Source: Mobula hypostoma (Eukaryota). From it: a stretch of DNA of 64,000 nt. The position numbers and the translations under genes are program-made. The notes beneath the pieces were generated by a model that saw nothing but the letters and a program-made list of their open reading frames with translations, was not told the origin of the DNA and searched no databases. The stretch spans positions 144,338,001-144,402,000 of the forward strand of contig NC_086097.1 in the NCBI RefSeq assembly GCF_963921235.1. Reading direction: 5' to 3'. Shown here in pieces: positions 14,539 through 26,820 of this stretch. Numbering within the stretch: the stretch's first letter is position 1; every line of letters starts with the position of its first letter.

Positions 14539-14618
14539 CAGGGGTTCCCAACCTTTTTTATGCCATGGAACCTTACCATTAACTGAGGGTTCTCCGGACC
14601 CTCTGTTGAGAACCCCTG
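14539..14618. mobile_element. ~80-bp hAT/Charlie-type MITE
   Basis: TIRs CAGGGGTTCCCAAC...GTTGAGAACCCCTG; opposite orientation to the copy at 2141. Confidence 0.8.
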
Positions 14619-15189
14619 CTTTATGGGTAGAATTATGAAACAGAAAATAACTTAAGATTGCAGTAGGTTGTGGAATCTCCTGTGATTTGGTGCAACATAT
14701 AAATGCTGAGATTAACTTAACCTGTAGTAAAGGCAAAGAAATCTTGATATGGATTTTAATTAATATATACATTGAGAGGAAGAAAGTACTTCCTACTAGA
14801 AAGATAATTGTGCTCAGGTTAATTTTCTGTATCAATACATCCTGCAGCCAAAAGGAGCAGAACATAATAGATCTGATGATAATTAATGAGGCAAATTTTG
14901 TTGACCACCTACTGATGTGTGATTATTTATCTGACAATAATCATAAAGGAATTTTTCTTGGCATCATAAAATTTGTTATGCCACTCAATCTGGGAGTGTA
15001 CTTCCTGTTGGTCAAGCAATCCATCAGTCCAGTTTCCCAATTTTACATACTGATTTGAAAATTATTCCCTCTCAGGGACTTACTTATTTCTCTTTTGAAA
15101 AAAAACATGATTTATTCTATATTTATCATTCTGCAATCAAGAAATTGCAGTTCTGAGTTTAAAAAGATCTTCCTTCATGAATCTCCTTT

Positions 15190-15719
15190 ACACAATGACC
15201 ACTTTATTTGGTACATCTGTACAAACATCTAATCAGCCAATCATGTGGCGGCATCTCAATGCATAAAAGCACGCAGACATGGTCAAAAGATTCAGTTGTT
15301 TCTCAGCCAAAACATCAGAATGGGGAAGAAATGTGATCTAAGTGACTTTAACTGTGAAATAATTTTTGGTGCCAGATGGGGTGATTTGAGTACGTCAGAA
15401 ATGGCTGATCTCCTGGGATTTTCAGACACAACAATCTCAAGAGCTTATAGAGAATAGTGTGAGGAAAAAAAATCCAGTGAGCAGCAGTTCTGTGGGTGAA
15501 AATGCCTAGCTAATAGGAGAGGTCAGAGGAGATCAGCCAGACTAGTCCAAGCTGACAGGAAGGTGACAGTTACTCAAATAACCAGGTGTTACAACAGTGG
15601 TGTGCAGAAGAGCACCTCTGAATGCACAACATGCTGAACCTGGAAGTGGATAGGCTACAGCAGCAGAAGACCAAGAAAATACAATCAGTGGCTAATTTAT
15701 TAGATCGAGGAAGTGTATA
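15190..15719 (+). mobile_element. Tc1-family non-autonomous transposon with transposase N-terminal HTH remnant
   Basis: MGKKCDLSDFNCEIIFGARWGDLSTSEMADLLGFSDTTISRAYRE is a Tc1 paired-like HTH; degenerate TIR CAATGACCACTTTATTTGGTAC. Confidence 0.85.
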
Positions 15720-16949
15720 TATGTAGCTCCTGACTGTAAATCTGTAGGTCTTAGTCCAATAGTTTTGTCCACCTCTATCAAAACTCCCATGAACCTCCTT
15801 TACTCAGAAAAACAACTATAGCTTCTTCAGTCTGAATGATTGCTGAAATCTCTCATCCCTGAAAAAGCATTAGCAAATCATTTCTGTGCCTTATCTCAGA
15901 CCTTCTCACCCTTCCTGATACTGGATAATCAAAACAGAATATTGTACATCAGTTGGTGAGATCAACAACAAGCTTATTGTTACTCATTGCGTATTGGAAG
16001 AAGTTTGACCTCAGCTTCTGGAGTTGCATCACTGCAGTTAAAAGTAGAATTCCACAAGTGTCCATTAGTGATTCACGGCTCATCCACAGAGTATGGACAG
16101 CTACTCAAACTGGCAGGACGTGACTTGTAGAAACCCACAGGCATTTGTGCTGAGGCCACAGCTCCTTAGTTGTGTATCTATAAATTACTGAAGTGAAGCA
16201 CGGCATACTTAAGGAATAAAAAAAATCAGCAATGCATGTAGTGCAGACTTAAGAATTCTGTCACAAAGAACATTACTTACTTAAGCAGATAGTAAAGAGA
16301 TGCAACTTGATCTCACTATGTTCAGATGCAAGCTCGTCACCATTGTGTACTTGCTAAGTGATGAGCAGTAAGAAAGAACAACGAAACTCCACATGCTGTG
16401 CATAGCTCATGAAAGTATTATAGATAGGCACAAGAAATTATTTTGAAAAAGTTAATCGTATTCTAGCCTTTCAATGTTCATGACTGGAATATAAGGTGTC
16501 ATACAGCTACTTAAAGTGCCTTAAGTTTCAATCATGAAGATACAAAGGCTACAGTAGGATAGCACCCTAGCACTGGGAGAATTTATGGGACCAGAATTAT
16601 TGGTATTGCAGGGATTATGGAATAAATTTATCAGAATAATAACTGGATTTTTAAGGTAATTTTAAATGAGATCATACATCCCAGAGTCATATTCACTGGA
16701 ACTTGAAGGTTTCAAGATATTAAATAAAATAGATAAAATTAAACTTAGGTACATTATTAGTTGCAGCGTTTTGAGTTAGTTGGGGTGCAAGTAGACTTGC
16801 AAGCTACATCTGTATGTTAATCTATCTATGCCTAAAAAGGTAATTATCTGGGACACAAGAGTCTCTTAATTTCTAAAGACACAAGAGGCTGCAGATATTG
16901 GAGCAAAGGGTTTGTTTCTCAATCTTCATTTCTACATCCCTCCCTAAAT

Positions 16950-19230
16950 CTTCTGCGTGTATTTCCCATCCCTCTGGGTCTTATCGCTGGTCAGCGTCTT
17001 AGAATTCCAGGCACCTCTCTCCCCGCCTCCCGCTTATCTCTGAAGTTCTTCAGATCTCATCCTCCACCTTTCTCTTTCTTCAGTTTTCTCACTGTCTTTC
17101 TTTCCCCATTCTGCATGAATTCTGGCTCACTTCTCTTCCCAAGTGAGGCTCAACGCTTGTTTTACATTCGCTCCGATGGCCGGATGAAAAGACGGTGTTG
17201 CGCGCCATGCATATAGGAGCTTTAAGTCACACAGATATTAATGGTTTAAACAAATGGGGAAAACTGCGGCAAATTGATTTCACTGTGTACTGCTGTCAGA
17301 TCACCCGCTTTCTAAATGGTGGACAGTAAGAAGCAGCAGATATCTAAAAAGCCACAGGGAATCACCCGAAATCAGGATGTGATTTGTAACGCTGGCAATT
17401 GTAACAGATTGGGCAGATGGAACATTGCAAAGAGAGCAGTGGAAATAGATCCCGGAAAACATTAAACGAACAAACAAAGCGAGTAATCGGTGGTGAAAGG
17501 GAGATTCAAATAAACAGATAAGTAGAAACATTGTGGGAAATAATGGTAAAATAGAAGCTCAGAGACGCAGGGGAAAGGTGGAAAGTTGTAAGGAGCAGAA
17601 GACCAATTGAAGGAATATAAAATCGAAAAGAGGTTCTGTTCATAAATCCGGTCATAACCGCAGCCCCCCCCCCCCCCCGCTTTCAATCCAGATCTTGGGA
17701 AAGCGGACGAACGCATCTCAGAAACAGCTCCAAGGAGCTGAAGGAAAATGCATTCTGGTGTTAAACATCACCATTTTTATTTGGGGAAAACCGATAGAAT
17801 CTAACGAGGATACATGCATACAGTGAGAACAATATAAAAACTTTCAATTCAGACACTGCCGCAGAAAATAAACTTAAGTAACTTTATCGAGTCAGACATA
17901 CATGAAAAGGTTGGCTTTCAACTCGGCTCTTCCACCCGCTCATTCCCGCAACCCTGTCTAAGCAGTTTTCAAGCTCAGTTTAGTAGCAGCCACCGTCGCA
18001 ATATTTCCACTTTATAACAGGAGAGATGTTCTTAATTGGTTCTGGAATATTCTTCTCGCTTTAATCAAGACCCAATGCATTCACAGCGAGGTACAATCAA
18101 TTTATTTAAGCATCCATGATATCTGGAGAAAGCCAAACTGGCGTCGTAATATAATTCAAGGTATTGGTGTCATAAGAGTTCCTGTTTTAGCAATTCTCTT
18201 TTCCTTTATTTCTTTCTCTCAGCTCACCTGGGCGTCAGATCTCAACTTACCTGCCTATTTTGCTCCAAGCAAATATTTCCAACACCTGATAAACCAGCAG
18301 AAGCAGATATATGGATCCATCCCCGCAAACACAGAGTCACATGCAGACATTCACACACAGATCGCAGTGGATAATTATATAACCATTAACAACACATATA
18401 CCAAAGTATACGCGCAGGCATAACTAACATAGCAGTACACTCAACCTCATGTACTAACCGGCGCATAATTATACACAAACAAACGCAGACACACACACTT
18501 ATTATTCATGTGCCCTCATCAACAGAATTTAATTTGCATGTGCACAGGTGTACATGTAAACAAATACGTACACACACACGCGTGTAAAAGTTACTGTAAA
18601 CATCGGAGTGCCACTTTCTGCTAGCTCCCCCTCCCCTCGCCTTCGCGATGAAAGGTGAGGCGGACAACACACACACCTGATACCGTATCCTGTAACCAAA
18701 ACAACTGGAGGATGCTGAGGGTTAAATACCAAATTCTGTTTTCTTTTACATATTATTTCTTACAGAAAATCAACGTCGAAATATTTCGTGCGAGGTGCGT
18801 GTCCAAGTCAAAACAAGTTTGTTTAAAACAAAGCTTTGAGAAACTTTTTCAACTTACCACCAAACTGGGTAACTTGCCATGACTTGCTTCATGTTCAGTA
18901 AAACCAGGTAATATCCAAACAGCTGCATTTCCATAACTAGTCAGCGAATTAAACCTTATTCTTTCAATATAGGTTCTTTGCAATAGAGCTAATGTTTTCC
19001 TGTATTTCCTTTTCCTCAGCGTTCAGTAAATGCCATTCAAAACGTCAAAAAAAAAAGGCTAGAATCGCAGGGATCAACAAAGTACTGGATACAACAATAG
19101 AGACTAAATTATACCAGAGAAAAATATTAACCCAAAAAAGGAGAGTTGACGGGTGTCCAATCAGGAACCATTGCCACAGGGAAAAGGGTGACTGTACAGT
19201 CAGGAACTGTCAATCAGGAAAAAGCTCACC
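16950..19230. promoter_or_regulatory. CpG-retaining, TE-poor promoter/first-exon-like island
   Basis: CpGs visibly more frequent than in the flanks (CCCCGCCTCCCGC ~17020, TTGCGCGCC ~17200, TACGCGCAGG ~18410, CTCGCCTTCGCGATG ~18640); no recognisable TE; CAATCAGGA motifs at 19158-19220. Confidence 0.5.
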
Positions 19231-19362
19231 ACCAGGCGATTAACTGCAAAGAAATATTTTAACACTTATTGCAGCTTCTGTGTAGCTACAGCAGCTTGAA
19301 ATATGTATTAGAATTAAACTGCAAACGTTGATGGAATGGCAAAAGGTGCTGAGCTTAGATAT

Positions 19363-19377
19363 AGTGTGTGTGTGTGT

Positions 19378-19451
<74 letters not shown>

Positions 19452-19453
19452 TG
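19363..19453. repeat. (GT)n microsatellite
   Basis: About 90 bp of near-perfect GT repeats. Confidence 0.95.
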
Positions 19454-20877
19454 TAAGAGAAGGAGAGACAGAGAGATTATATGTGTTTATGTGAAAGAAT
19501 CCGAGGGATTGTGTGTGCATTTGCGACTGTGTGTATAGGTGTGTAAGTTGGCTAGGTAGGAGGGTATAGGATCAATGGACAAGACAGTGTGTGTATGCAA
19601 GCCTGAGTATGAGTGATTGGGGGAAACTTAGCTCCCTAGGCTTTCTACTCAAGTCATCCTGTAGGAGTAGCTCTTGGGAATTAGTGTAATACTAAACCGT
19701 TTGAAGTTTTGTAATATTGATAAAAGTATCTTCCCTAATTTCCAGAAGCTTGAAGTGACGAGCTATTAGCCCACTATTGGATGCAAACAATGAGTATGAA
19801 CAGAATAATCTTCCAAAGAAATGGATTCAGAGTAAGGAAAATAAGATCAGCGAACTGAGGTCTATTTCCTTAAAGTATTACTTTTTGTTTAAGCCATCTT
19901 TTAATCATTTAAATTCATACTTATTTCCATTATTAATTTCTCCATCTTAATTACGGGACTGCCTACCAGTCTCTAATGTTGTAACACATTCATTTGTTTG
20001 GAATAAAACTGTAGTGCTTCTGCTGGTGGGAGGTAGCAAATACAACTTAAGTCCACATGGACAGCTCCCAGTATAAAAATGAACAAAGGGGAAAGTAAGG
20101 TTGTCATTAAATATTTATATCAAATACAAAAGAGGTTAATCTTCCCAGATTCTACTTCTATTCATCCATAGAAGGGCAGTAGATACCACATAAAGTGAAT
20201 GACATAATATTGGCAATGGACTCGAAACATTAACCGTAGCTCCCTCCACAGATGCTGCCTCCTAAATGGCTGAGTGTTTCCAGCATTTCATGTTTTTTTT
20301 ATTTAAGGTATTGATGTTGTTGTTCTGAGGATCCTATAGTTCCTACACGGGAATGAAAGCATTCCCCTTAGTCAACTTCTCTGCAACTGGCAAACTAATA
20401 CATGGGGGATGTCAGGGAAATACTTAATTGTTCAAGTTGTATGGTCTGCAAAATATTCCTGAAACTGGGATGGATGTGGATTCCATAGTGTGTTTCCTTT
20501 GCACATTCAGATGATTAAGTGCAGAATGGCTGATTGGTAGTTCTTCAAGGAGCCGGCAGAGATGCCATGGAAGTGCTCAGTGCAGTAGGATTGGTTGGTT
20601 TAAGATTCACAATTTCTCAATTCAAATGATCTGACTAATGAATTACTATGTAGACCACAATAATATCACATTTATCTTGCGTACCTAATAATCCAGAGGT
20701 CATATGTGTGAACACATAGGACAAACAGCTCCAAAGGAATAAGAAATGTGATATGTGTTGACGGTCAGAAGTGAGTGCATCTGATTTCTTGTTCTGGCCC
20801 TGGATGTGCCATTGACTCCGAGCACATTTGAATACTTACTCAACCCTGGGGTAAAATATGCATCTGTTCCCTCTTTC

Positions 20878-21285
20878 TGGAGTTTAGAAGAACGAGGGGG
20901 GATCTAATTGAAACCTATCAAATATTGAAAGGCCTAGGCAGAATGGACGTGGAGATGGATGTTTCCAACAATGAGGCCGTCTAGTAACAGAGGGCACAGC
21001 CTCAGAATATAATAATATTCCTTTAGAACAGAGATGAGCAGGATAGTTTGTTAGCCAGAGGCTGGTGAATATGTGGAAATCCTTGCCAAAGATGGCTGTG
21101 GAGGCCAAGTAATTGGGTATCTTTAAAGTGGAGGTTAATAGGTCCTTGGTTAGTTGGGGTATCAAAGGTTATGAGGAGAAGGCAGGAGAATCAGAAGAGT
21201 AAGATAAATAAATCAGTCATGATGGAACAGCAGGGCATATTTGATGGGCTAAATGGCCTAGTCTTTTCCTACGTCTTATGGTCTA
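20878..21285 (+). mobile_element. CR1 LINE 3' fragment
   Basis: GAGTTTAGAAGAACGAGGGGGGATCTAATTGAAACC...TCTTATGGTCT; similar to 13185-13737. Confidence 0.85.
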
Positions 21286-21869
21286 ATCATAGCTGGTGCA
21301 TCTCCTGTTGCTCTATTCTCTGTGGCTCTTGGACTTCATTTAAAAAGTAAAATCAAATAAGTGTCTGATTTCCTTTTATTTTATGTATATTTTAATTAAT
21401 TTGCAGCAATTTTGTGTGCTCTGAAATACACTTACTTTCTTTCTAATTGTTCATTTTAATGATTTTCTCAACTGTTTTAAAATACCACTGCTAACCAGAG
21501 ACATTTAGAAACAATCTCCGGCTGACTGGTGGAATGAGCTGTGAAAAGGCCATCGGAGCAGGCTATGGATATGGCCTAGCTACCCAGCTCCGGCTTGCTG
21601 TGCTTCATGAAAGGGCCGCAGCAGAGATGCTCAGATTATGTTTGGAGCCATCTGGCTGCTGGCTGCAAAACATAGAGCAGTCACGGCCTGCTATGAGCAT
21701 CAATAACCCAGTGTGAATTGGGGTCATCACAATCTTACTTGGGGTCATCATAATCTCACAATTATTATGGTCACTATTGTCTAGATGTTCCCTTTTTTTT
21801 GACTGCTAGTCCATTTTCCTCTTTTGAATTGAATAGAAAAATCCCTCCTTGTTGTTTCTTTTTAATATG

Positions 21870-22291
21870 CAGTCAGTGGCTACTTTATTAGATTTACCTG
21901 TGCACCTGCTCTTCAATGCAAATATCTAATCAGCCAATCATGTGGCAGTAGCTCAATGCATAGGCGCATACAGGCATGGTCAAAAGCTCAGTTGTTGTTG
22001 AGACCAAACATCAGAATGTGGAAGAAATGGGATCTGAGTGATTTTGACCACACTGGCCTTGTTAATGAGAGAGGATAGAAAAGAATGGCCAGACTAGTTT
22101 TAAGCTGACAGGAAGGGAATAGTAATTCAAATAACCATGTGGTACAACAGTGGTGTGCAGAAGAGCATTTCTGAATGCACAACACATTGAACCCTGAAGT
22201 GGATGGGCTACAGTAGCAGAAAACCATGAACATACACCCAGTGGCCACTTTATTAGGTACAGGCTATACCTAATAAGGTGGCCACTGAATG
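21870..22291 (+). mobile_element. Tc1-family non-autonomous element (second, internally deleted copy)
   Basis: TIR CAGTCAGTGGCTACTTTATTAG...CCTAATAAGGTGGCCACTGAATG followed by TA; colinear with 15190-15719. Confidence 0.85.
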
Positions 22292-22799
22292 TATGTTAGA
22301 ATGTGGTCCTGTGTACTTTTGTAGGAATTCTGTTGTCTTACTACTCTTCATCTGACTGTTCTGTGCAATTACTATGAGAGCAGTTGAACCTCCTCAACAC
22401 TACACTCCCCACTACAAATGCAGATGAAAGTTACCATTGAATCTGGCTTCACTTCTCTTTCAGGAAATACATTGTAGAATCATAAAAACTTGCACCAGTA
22501 AATAGGTGTTATTCAACACATTTTCACTCATCTGTATTACATTCAGCAAATGAGAAAACAATACTCACTTTTGAGCTTCTAAATTCAGGTCATATTAACT
22601 TTTGTGGCCTTTCAAGAGAATATATTCAACAATGTAACAAAACATCTTGAGGAAACCAGCTCACAGCTAGATAATTTTTAAAGCAGACTGAAATCACCCC
22701 TAGTATCACTTACTTAATGCTAATGGCCCTTCATCATTTGAAGATCCTTTGATTCCCCACCATTTTAATTAATAAAGGTACATATGTTTACAAACTCAC

Positions 22800-23320
22800 A
22801 AAATACCAACTAGGCAGTTATGAATGCAGCAAGATCCCATGGCCCAGAAATAAGATTGATCATACGCAACAATTTTGTTCCTGGTATTAGTTAAGAAAGC
22901 TCTGCCATGGGCAGTCCCAAGCCCAGCTGTGAAAGGACGAGGGTTGGGCATGGAGCTAGCAGCCACATCCCATAAAAAAAACAGAGCTACAGAAGCTCCA
23001 AAGACTTCATCCCTGAGAGAAGAAAGAAAGTCTGGCCCAGGACACAGGATGTTGGCAAGCTGCTGTTGGCAACTTCTGCCCCAGTAGGGGCAAGGGGCCG
23101 AAGTAAGTAAATAAGTAATCAGTTAGGAGCAGATGATTCCCATGATCTCACGGAGAACTTCACTACTCCTCTTCAAATAGAGGCATGCATATTTATATGC
23201 CAAGCCAAGGTGGTGGGTGTAAATTATCTCATCCAAAATAAGTGGCTACCTATGGGACAGTGTCCTCTGTGCTGCACTAATGAGTTGACCTGGATATAAA
23301 TTTGAGTTTCTGCAATGATA
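22800..23320 (-). mobile_element. DeuSINE-like ancient SINE interrupted by an RTE-derived insert
   Basis: GCAGCAAGATCCCA...GAGAACTTCACTACTCCTCTTCAAATAG...TCTCATCCAAAA resembles the reverse complement of the Deu domain. Confidence 0.5.
22901..23118 (+). mobile_element. Short bipartite RTE-derived element
   Basis: 5' part GGGTTGGGCATGGAGCTAGCAGCCACATCCCATAAAA is RTE 5'UTR-like; 3' part GGCCCAGGACACAGGATGTTGGCAAGCTGCTG; tail (AAGT)n. Confidence 0.55.
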
Positions 23321-24584
23321 TTAACTTATTTTGCCTACTTCATCTCTTATTTTATACCTACTCCACACCCTTAGTATGAGATCACATGGCCCCTAAACAA
23401 GGTTTCCATCAGAAAAATGAAGATTACAAACAGGATTATCAAATCCCTAATAAAATCCAGCCTGTCCTTTGTCCTGATAATCATGCTCTAAGAAACAAGG
23501 CGCAGTAAATGCCTGGGGCTGGGGAATGCAAATCCTGCCTTGGCTACTAGTCAAAGTGAGTTGAACAAAGTTCGCTGCAGAGATGAAAATCTGTTAATAT
23601 TGTAGGAACAGCTTGTGTTGATGCACTCAAATGCAAATTAGATGGATTATTTATTTCAAAAAAATAACATTTCTCTATAAAATATGGGGAGTTTGGCTTG
23701 AAGTGTGAGGTAAGCATTGATTGCTTGGAAGAAAAGGGTGATCTCAGTCCATGGCAGGTCTGAAAGCTCTCCACAGCCTGTTTTCTTTAATATTTGAGTC
23801 TGTTGTAGATTCATTGATGGAAATTGGGTTCTATTGATTAATTAGCCACTCAGCTATTAGGATAATATAAGGAAAATGAGAAAGAATTTAATCTTTTTGA
23901 ACCAAAAGTTTATGAGATCTGCTGGAATAACCCTCAGTTTTTTGTGATTGTTTCTTACTCAATTGATTGACTTCAACCGCTTACAAAAAAAGTTAGTCAA
24001 GACAGTCAAGGTGGGTAATGAATTTCATAAGTATACTGGTACGTGTTCTGATTCTGTCACATTTCATAGACCTTGAGTCAAAATATACAGTAGGGTCTTC
24101 CTTTTGTAAAACCAATCATAACTTTACTGCTATCATCTTCTTCATTTACTGCAACATCCTAATCAGTTATCAGTCCTGCACTCAGCAATTCATTTCAGCT
24201 ACTGGTTATGCAACACTTCAATTCCAAAAGCTTGGTCCAAGGCCACATACTCCCCTCCAGTCATGCACCCCTTGGTGATATCTGTGCCCATCTTATTCTG
24301 AACTCTCGAGTGTCCTGAATTCATTTTGCTCCAACATTAGTTTTGGTTGATGGCCTTGCATTTTTTTGCAAAGCCTTAAGAATTCAAATTTCTTACTAAA
24401 GCCTCAATATCTCCTATTTCTTCCTTTGAGTCATTCTTGCCTTTGAGACATATTGTTATACTGAGGCTACAGCTATGTTTTGAATTAGTGTCTCAGAGAT
24501 CCTATAACATTAATTCATAGAAAAGCAGAAAAATTATTCCCAATATCCTGGCCAAGATATATCCCCACCCCAACCTCACTGAAG

Positions 24585-24720
24585 AGGACAGGAAAGGAAT
24601 GGAGGGTTATGGGCTGAGTGCAGGTCGATGGGACTAGGAGAGTAAGAGCTCGGCACGGACTAGGAGGGCCAAGATGGCCTGTTTCTGTGCTGTAATTTTT
24701 ATATGGTTATATGGTTATAA
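24585..24720 (+). mobile_element. CR1 extreme 3' end nested in a DeuSINE-like element (~24495-24890)
   Basis: GGAATGGAGGGTTATGGG...GGCCTGTTTCTGTGCTGTA plus (TTATATGG)n tail; left flank has ATCCTGGCCAAGATATATCCC. Confidence 0.7.
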
Positions 24721-25432
24721 GAGAAGGCATTTTATATTTCTTGTCTTGTTGCTGCATATAAGCCTTACTCCGCAAAAAAACAGACGTTTGTGATTTCTTA
24801 CAGTATCAAAGGGATGCAGTTCAAAACTAATTCATCGATTGTGCGAGAATTAGTGATGTCTTGATGTCGTGAATAGTACCTTTCTGTATGTTCATTTACA
24901 GGTGTGGGCATTTTCAGAAAGGTCAGAGTTGGTGCCTACCTGAATTGCCCCTGAAAATGATGTGGTGAACTACCTTAATAAACCACAGTGTGCTCTGATC
25001 TACCAGTGTCCTGTTCCAGGTTAACCTCCTGAAGGGATGGCAATATATTCACAAGTCAGGATGGAGTGTGTCTCGGAGGGAAACTTGCAGTGGTGACCTG
25101 TTGCCCTGGTCCTCCTGAATGGAAGATTGTAAATTATAAATTAAATTGTGCCTATGATATACAGTAATTTGGTTTGATAAAATACAGTCTTTTCTTCTGA
25201 AACCACACTACTTGAACAAACTTTTGATCAATGTTAAATCTTGTTTGATATCACTCTTATGATGCAATATTAATGAATAATGTAAATGAAAATTGTTGCA
25301 ATTGTGTTGTTTACATCTTGAGATGAATCTAAATGTTGCCAGAAACTTCACTTCTATTGACATAAAGGACCATGTTTTTTTTCATATTTTAACCTCATTC
25401 TCCGTAACCTTGTAACTATATATACTCTGATA

Positions 25433-26204
25433 CAGGGGTCCCCAACCTTTTTTGCACCGCGGACCGGTTTAATATTGACGATATTCTTGCGGACTGGCCG
25501 ACGGGGGGGGGGGGGGGGTGTTCAAGTAGGGTTAAACTCACCTCAACATGTCTTTTGCAGTTAGGGTTGCCAACTTTTTCACTCCCAAATAAGGGACAAA
25601 AATAGCAGTCAAATGCCGGGACACTTTACCCCAGAAAGACTACAAAGACAATGAAGCCTTGCGCGGGCACCTGTGTGCGCATGCGCATACATGCCGATCT
25701 TTTCTCCACAAATCGGTTTCGCCTTCATCTTCCTGACTATACAGTGCATACATTATTTCTACTTTACATAGGCTGTGTATTTATCACATCGTCCCTGCTT
25801 TTACTATAGGTTAGTATTAATTATTTTCGGTTTTATGTGTTATTTGGTATGATTTGTTAGGTTATTTTTTGGGTCTGGGAACGCTCAAAATATTTTCCCA
25901 TATAAATTAATGGTAATTGCTTCTTCGTTTCACGCCATTTCGGCATGAAAGGTTTCATAGGAACGCTTTATCTTAGCGGGGGAATTACGGGACAAGGGAC
26001 GTCCCGTATGGGACAAACCAATTTAGCCCAATATATGGGATGTCCCGGCAAATACAGGACAGTTGGCAACCCTTTGTTCAAGTTCAACAGTGCGTGACAG
26101 GGAATGAGGAAAGGTGCAGCTGACTTATATCATTTCCTCGTGGCCCGGTAGCACATGCTTTGCCGCCCGGTACCGGTCCGTGGCCCGGTGCTTGGGGACC
26201 GCTG
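25433..26204. mobile_element. hAT/Charlie-type non-autonomous element containing a nested hAT MITE
   Basis: Outer TIRs CAGGGGTCCCCAA / TTGGGGACCGCTG; CpG-rich, so probably young. Confidence 0.85.
25527..26074. mobile_element. Nested hAT MITE with TAGGGTTGCCAACT TIRs
   Basis: TAGGGTTGCCAACT (25562) / AGTTGGCAACCCTT (26061-26074); 8-bp TSD TGTTCAAG at 25519-25526 and 26075-26082; subterminal GGGACA/TGTCCC motifs. Confidence 0.85.
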
Positions 26205-26212
26205 CTCTTGTT

Positions 26213-26281
26213 CAGGTGTTCCTAACCGTTGTTATGCCATGACCAATAAGCGGTCCATGGACCCCAGGTTGAGAACCCCTG
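26213..26281. mobile_element. Short hAT/Charlie-type MITE
   Basis: CAGGTGTTCCTAACC...GGTTGAGAACCCCTG. Confidence 0.7.
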
Positions 26282-26321
26282 GTTATGTAACTCAAAAAGG
26301 GGAGCACAGGTAAAGTCCAAT

Positions 26322-26820
26322 CACAAACAAGAGAAAATCTGCAGATGCTGGAAATCCAAACAACACACACAAAATGCTGGAGGAAATCAACATCTATGGA
26401 AAAGAGTACAGTCGATGTTATGGGCTGAGACCCTTCAGTAGGACTGGAGAAAAAAGATGAGGAGTCAGAGTTAGAAGGTTGGGGGTTGGGGGGGGGGAAG
26501 AGGAAGAGTCATAAGGTGATAGGTGAAACCAGGAGAGGGTGGAGGGGTGAAATTAAGAGCTGGGAAGTTTAATGGTTAAAGAGATACAGGGCTGGAGAAG
26601 GGGAATCTGATTGGAGAGGACAGAAGACTATGGAATAAAGAAAAGGGAGAGGAGCACCAGAGAGAAGTGATGGGTAGGTAAGGCGATCTGGTGAGAAAGG
26701 GAAATGGGATTAAGGAATGGTGAAGTGGGGTGGGGCAGAACCAGAAGTTAGAGAAATCGATGTTCATGCCATCAGGTTGGAGGCTACCCAATCGGAACAT
26801 AAGGTGTTGTTCCTCCAGCC
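26322..26820 (-). mobile_element. Penelope-like element 3' part (GIY-YIG C-terminus, pyrimidine tract, pLTR)
   Basis: LEEQHLMFRLGSLQPDGMNIDFSNF; decayed hammerhead motif at ~26410-26445. Confidence 0.85.

Noticed and set aside
21719..21760. 21-bp tandem duplication TGGGGTCATCA(C/T)AATCT
   Set aside because: Simple two-copy slippage duplication with no further structure
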